A DNA stretch of 64,000 nt from the NCBI RefSeq assembly GCF_963921235.1, contig NC_086097.1, positions 174,532,001 through 174,596,000 of the forward strand, read 5' to 3'. This document shows, in pieces, positions 62,351 to 64,000 of the stretch (its first letter is position 1; each line of letters begins with the position of its first letter). Below the pieces are notes generated by a model that saw only the letters and a program-made list of their open reading frames with translations, did no database searches and was not told the DNA's origin. The translations under genes and the position numbers were made by a program. The DNA comes from Mobula hypostoma (lineage: Eukaryota).

Positions 62351-63256
62351 GTTTAGACAATGTTTACTGCCCTACCTTCATCAGTCTTCTTGTCAACCCG
62401 CTCAAAAACTCATTCAAGTTAGAATTTTCACCACACAGAGCCATGTTGACTACCTTTAATCAGCCCCTGCCAGCCCAAAATTCCTATCCCTTAGGATTTC
62501 CTCCAGTAATTTCCCTACCAATGATGGAAGGCTCACTGTCCTATAGTAATAACAATAATGAGTTCTGTAGTATAATAATAATGAATTTTAAAAGAATGTT
62601 TTAGTTAGTTAAAATTATAATAAACCTACAGCAATAAAAATATCAAGTTTAAAAAGAATGTTTTAATGGCTTTACTGAATTAGTTACAATGCCCTGCCAA
62701 ATAACAGTAAGGTTCTCTTTTTAGTGTGTCGCATTATTTGTGATTAAAAAGAAATTTCAGGGTATAACTTGAAATTCAACTATTTGTGCAGTTTATTTCA
62801 ACGAAATCTTCTCATAAAGTAGGTGCAATAAGAATTCACTATTTCTGCTTAGTTTTCCATGAAAGCAGAAATGGATGAAAAGAATGAAAGTAAATGCAGT
62901 AGAGATGCATTTTCAGATTATAGGATTTCCAAACTGATTTAATTTCATTATTTATCTAGGAATATAATCAAGGCTGTTTGAACAATATTTGGGGTTCTAA
63001 TCAAATTTTTGATACTTCTGCTTCTCTGCTTTATTTGTTTTGCTTTATGCAGTATAGAATGAACTTTAAAAAAGTATAAAATTGTTTTAAAATAGTAGAC
63101 ATTTAAAATCTGAAATAAAAGCAGAAACATTAATGCTGTTCTGCTTTCTATGGATGATGTCTAACCAGCTGAATGTCTGCAACAAATTCTGTTTTATAAT
63201 TATAACCTAGAATGATTCTTAAAACACTTGAAAACAATATGTTTTTATCCTTGTAG

Positions 63257-63432
63257 GGAATGATGCTTCAGAACAATTGCAAAGACCAGCATTTATGGAT
63301 TATTTTGACAAGCAGGAGAAAAGTACTAAGCATCTTGGAAATTGTGACCAAAATCTGCAGGAGCCTTTCCATAAATCAAGAAATCCTTTCCCTGATAACT
63401 GGAAGGTTCCACAAGATGGGGACTTTGATTTT
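63257..63432 (+). CDS. STK3: STK3/MST2 internal coding exon (equivalent to human exon 10; precedes SARAH domain)
   Basis: Acceptor tttttatccttgtag|GG, donor TTT|gtaagt; 176 nt. The split codon A+GG=Arg joins in frame with the previous exon. Translation (R)NDASEQLQRPAFMDYFDKQEKSTKHLGNCDQNLQEPFHKSRNPFPDNWKVPQDGDFDF matches recalled MST2 QRPSFMDYFDKQ...FPDNWKVPQDGDFDF. Confidence 0.96.
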
Positions 63433-64000
63433 GTAAGTAGAGATTTTTCAATTAGTAATATACATTGTCTCCTTCGCTGACAGGCAACATTTGATGTTGG
63501 TGTCTAATGAGTTTGATCATAAAATATTCTGTTAATATGATGCAAATAAATGAGGCCAAAAATAGCAAATGAATTCATATCACTCAAGCCAGGATGTTGT
63601 TAATACTGTGTGTGGTTTGGCAATTATAGCAGTAAAAAATTGTTGTCTTTAGAATTTTGGTTTTCAAACTAACTTGCTACTGCTTTATTCACATTGCAAT
63701 CTCTTTTAACTTAATTTATAGAGTTTGAGTGCCATGATTAGAGAATTAAATCATGCATATCTCAGGCAACTACTGTATCACTAGAAGGCAAACTAAGTGG
63801 GTCTTAATATTTTTAGCTGCAAATTTCTACATTGTTTTCCAATTATATCAGAACTGGCCTTAAAGTTTCATACAGGAACTGTTCTTTTTGATTAGGAAAG
63901 GTGAGAAAGGGAAACCGGGGAATTGTCAATAGTTAGCCGAAGTTCAGTAACTTTATTTTAAATTACAGATTCTAGTAGGTTTTGTAAAACTACCAGAATC

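Larger units (their letters stand above)
18368..63256 (+). other. STK3: STK3 intron (44,889 bp, GT-AG, phase 1), mostly transposon-derived
   Basis: Lies between two exons whose translations are consecutive in MST2; starts gtaagt and ends ttgtag. Confidence 0.9.

Noticed and set aside
63277..63480. ORF-track 67-aa ORF as a standalone gene
   Set aside because: It is the STK3 exon read through its donor site at 63433; the start is not a true initiator.

Overview
Eukaryotic, repeat-rich vertebrate genomic DNA. The repeat repertoire (CR1, Rex1/Babar-type LINEs, Neptune-type Penelope, V-SINE, Tc1, Tigger, hAT) suggests a cartilaginous fish, possibly a ray; this is inference. The window lies inside the STK3 (MST2/Hippo kinase) gene on the + strand. 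Two coding exons are recognisable: 18184-18367 (linker with the caspase site and seven Thr-Met motifs) and 63257-63432 (pre-SARAH region), separated by a 44,889-bp GT-AG intron. Most of the remainder is transposable-element sequence, often nested with readable target-site duplications (TSDs). The most notable non-coding signal is a set of Penelope pseudo-LTRs carrying minimal hammerhead ribozyme motifs (CUGAnGA...GAAACGUC, palindromic ACGU in place of helix III) on both strands of the STK3 introns. Other points of interest: a DEVD caspase site, inverted repeat pairs flanking the first exon, two non-coding retroposon families starting AAGATGGC, and a candidate 22-nt frameshifting micro-exon. 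Boundaries of old repeats are approximate, and family names come from recognition, not database searches.
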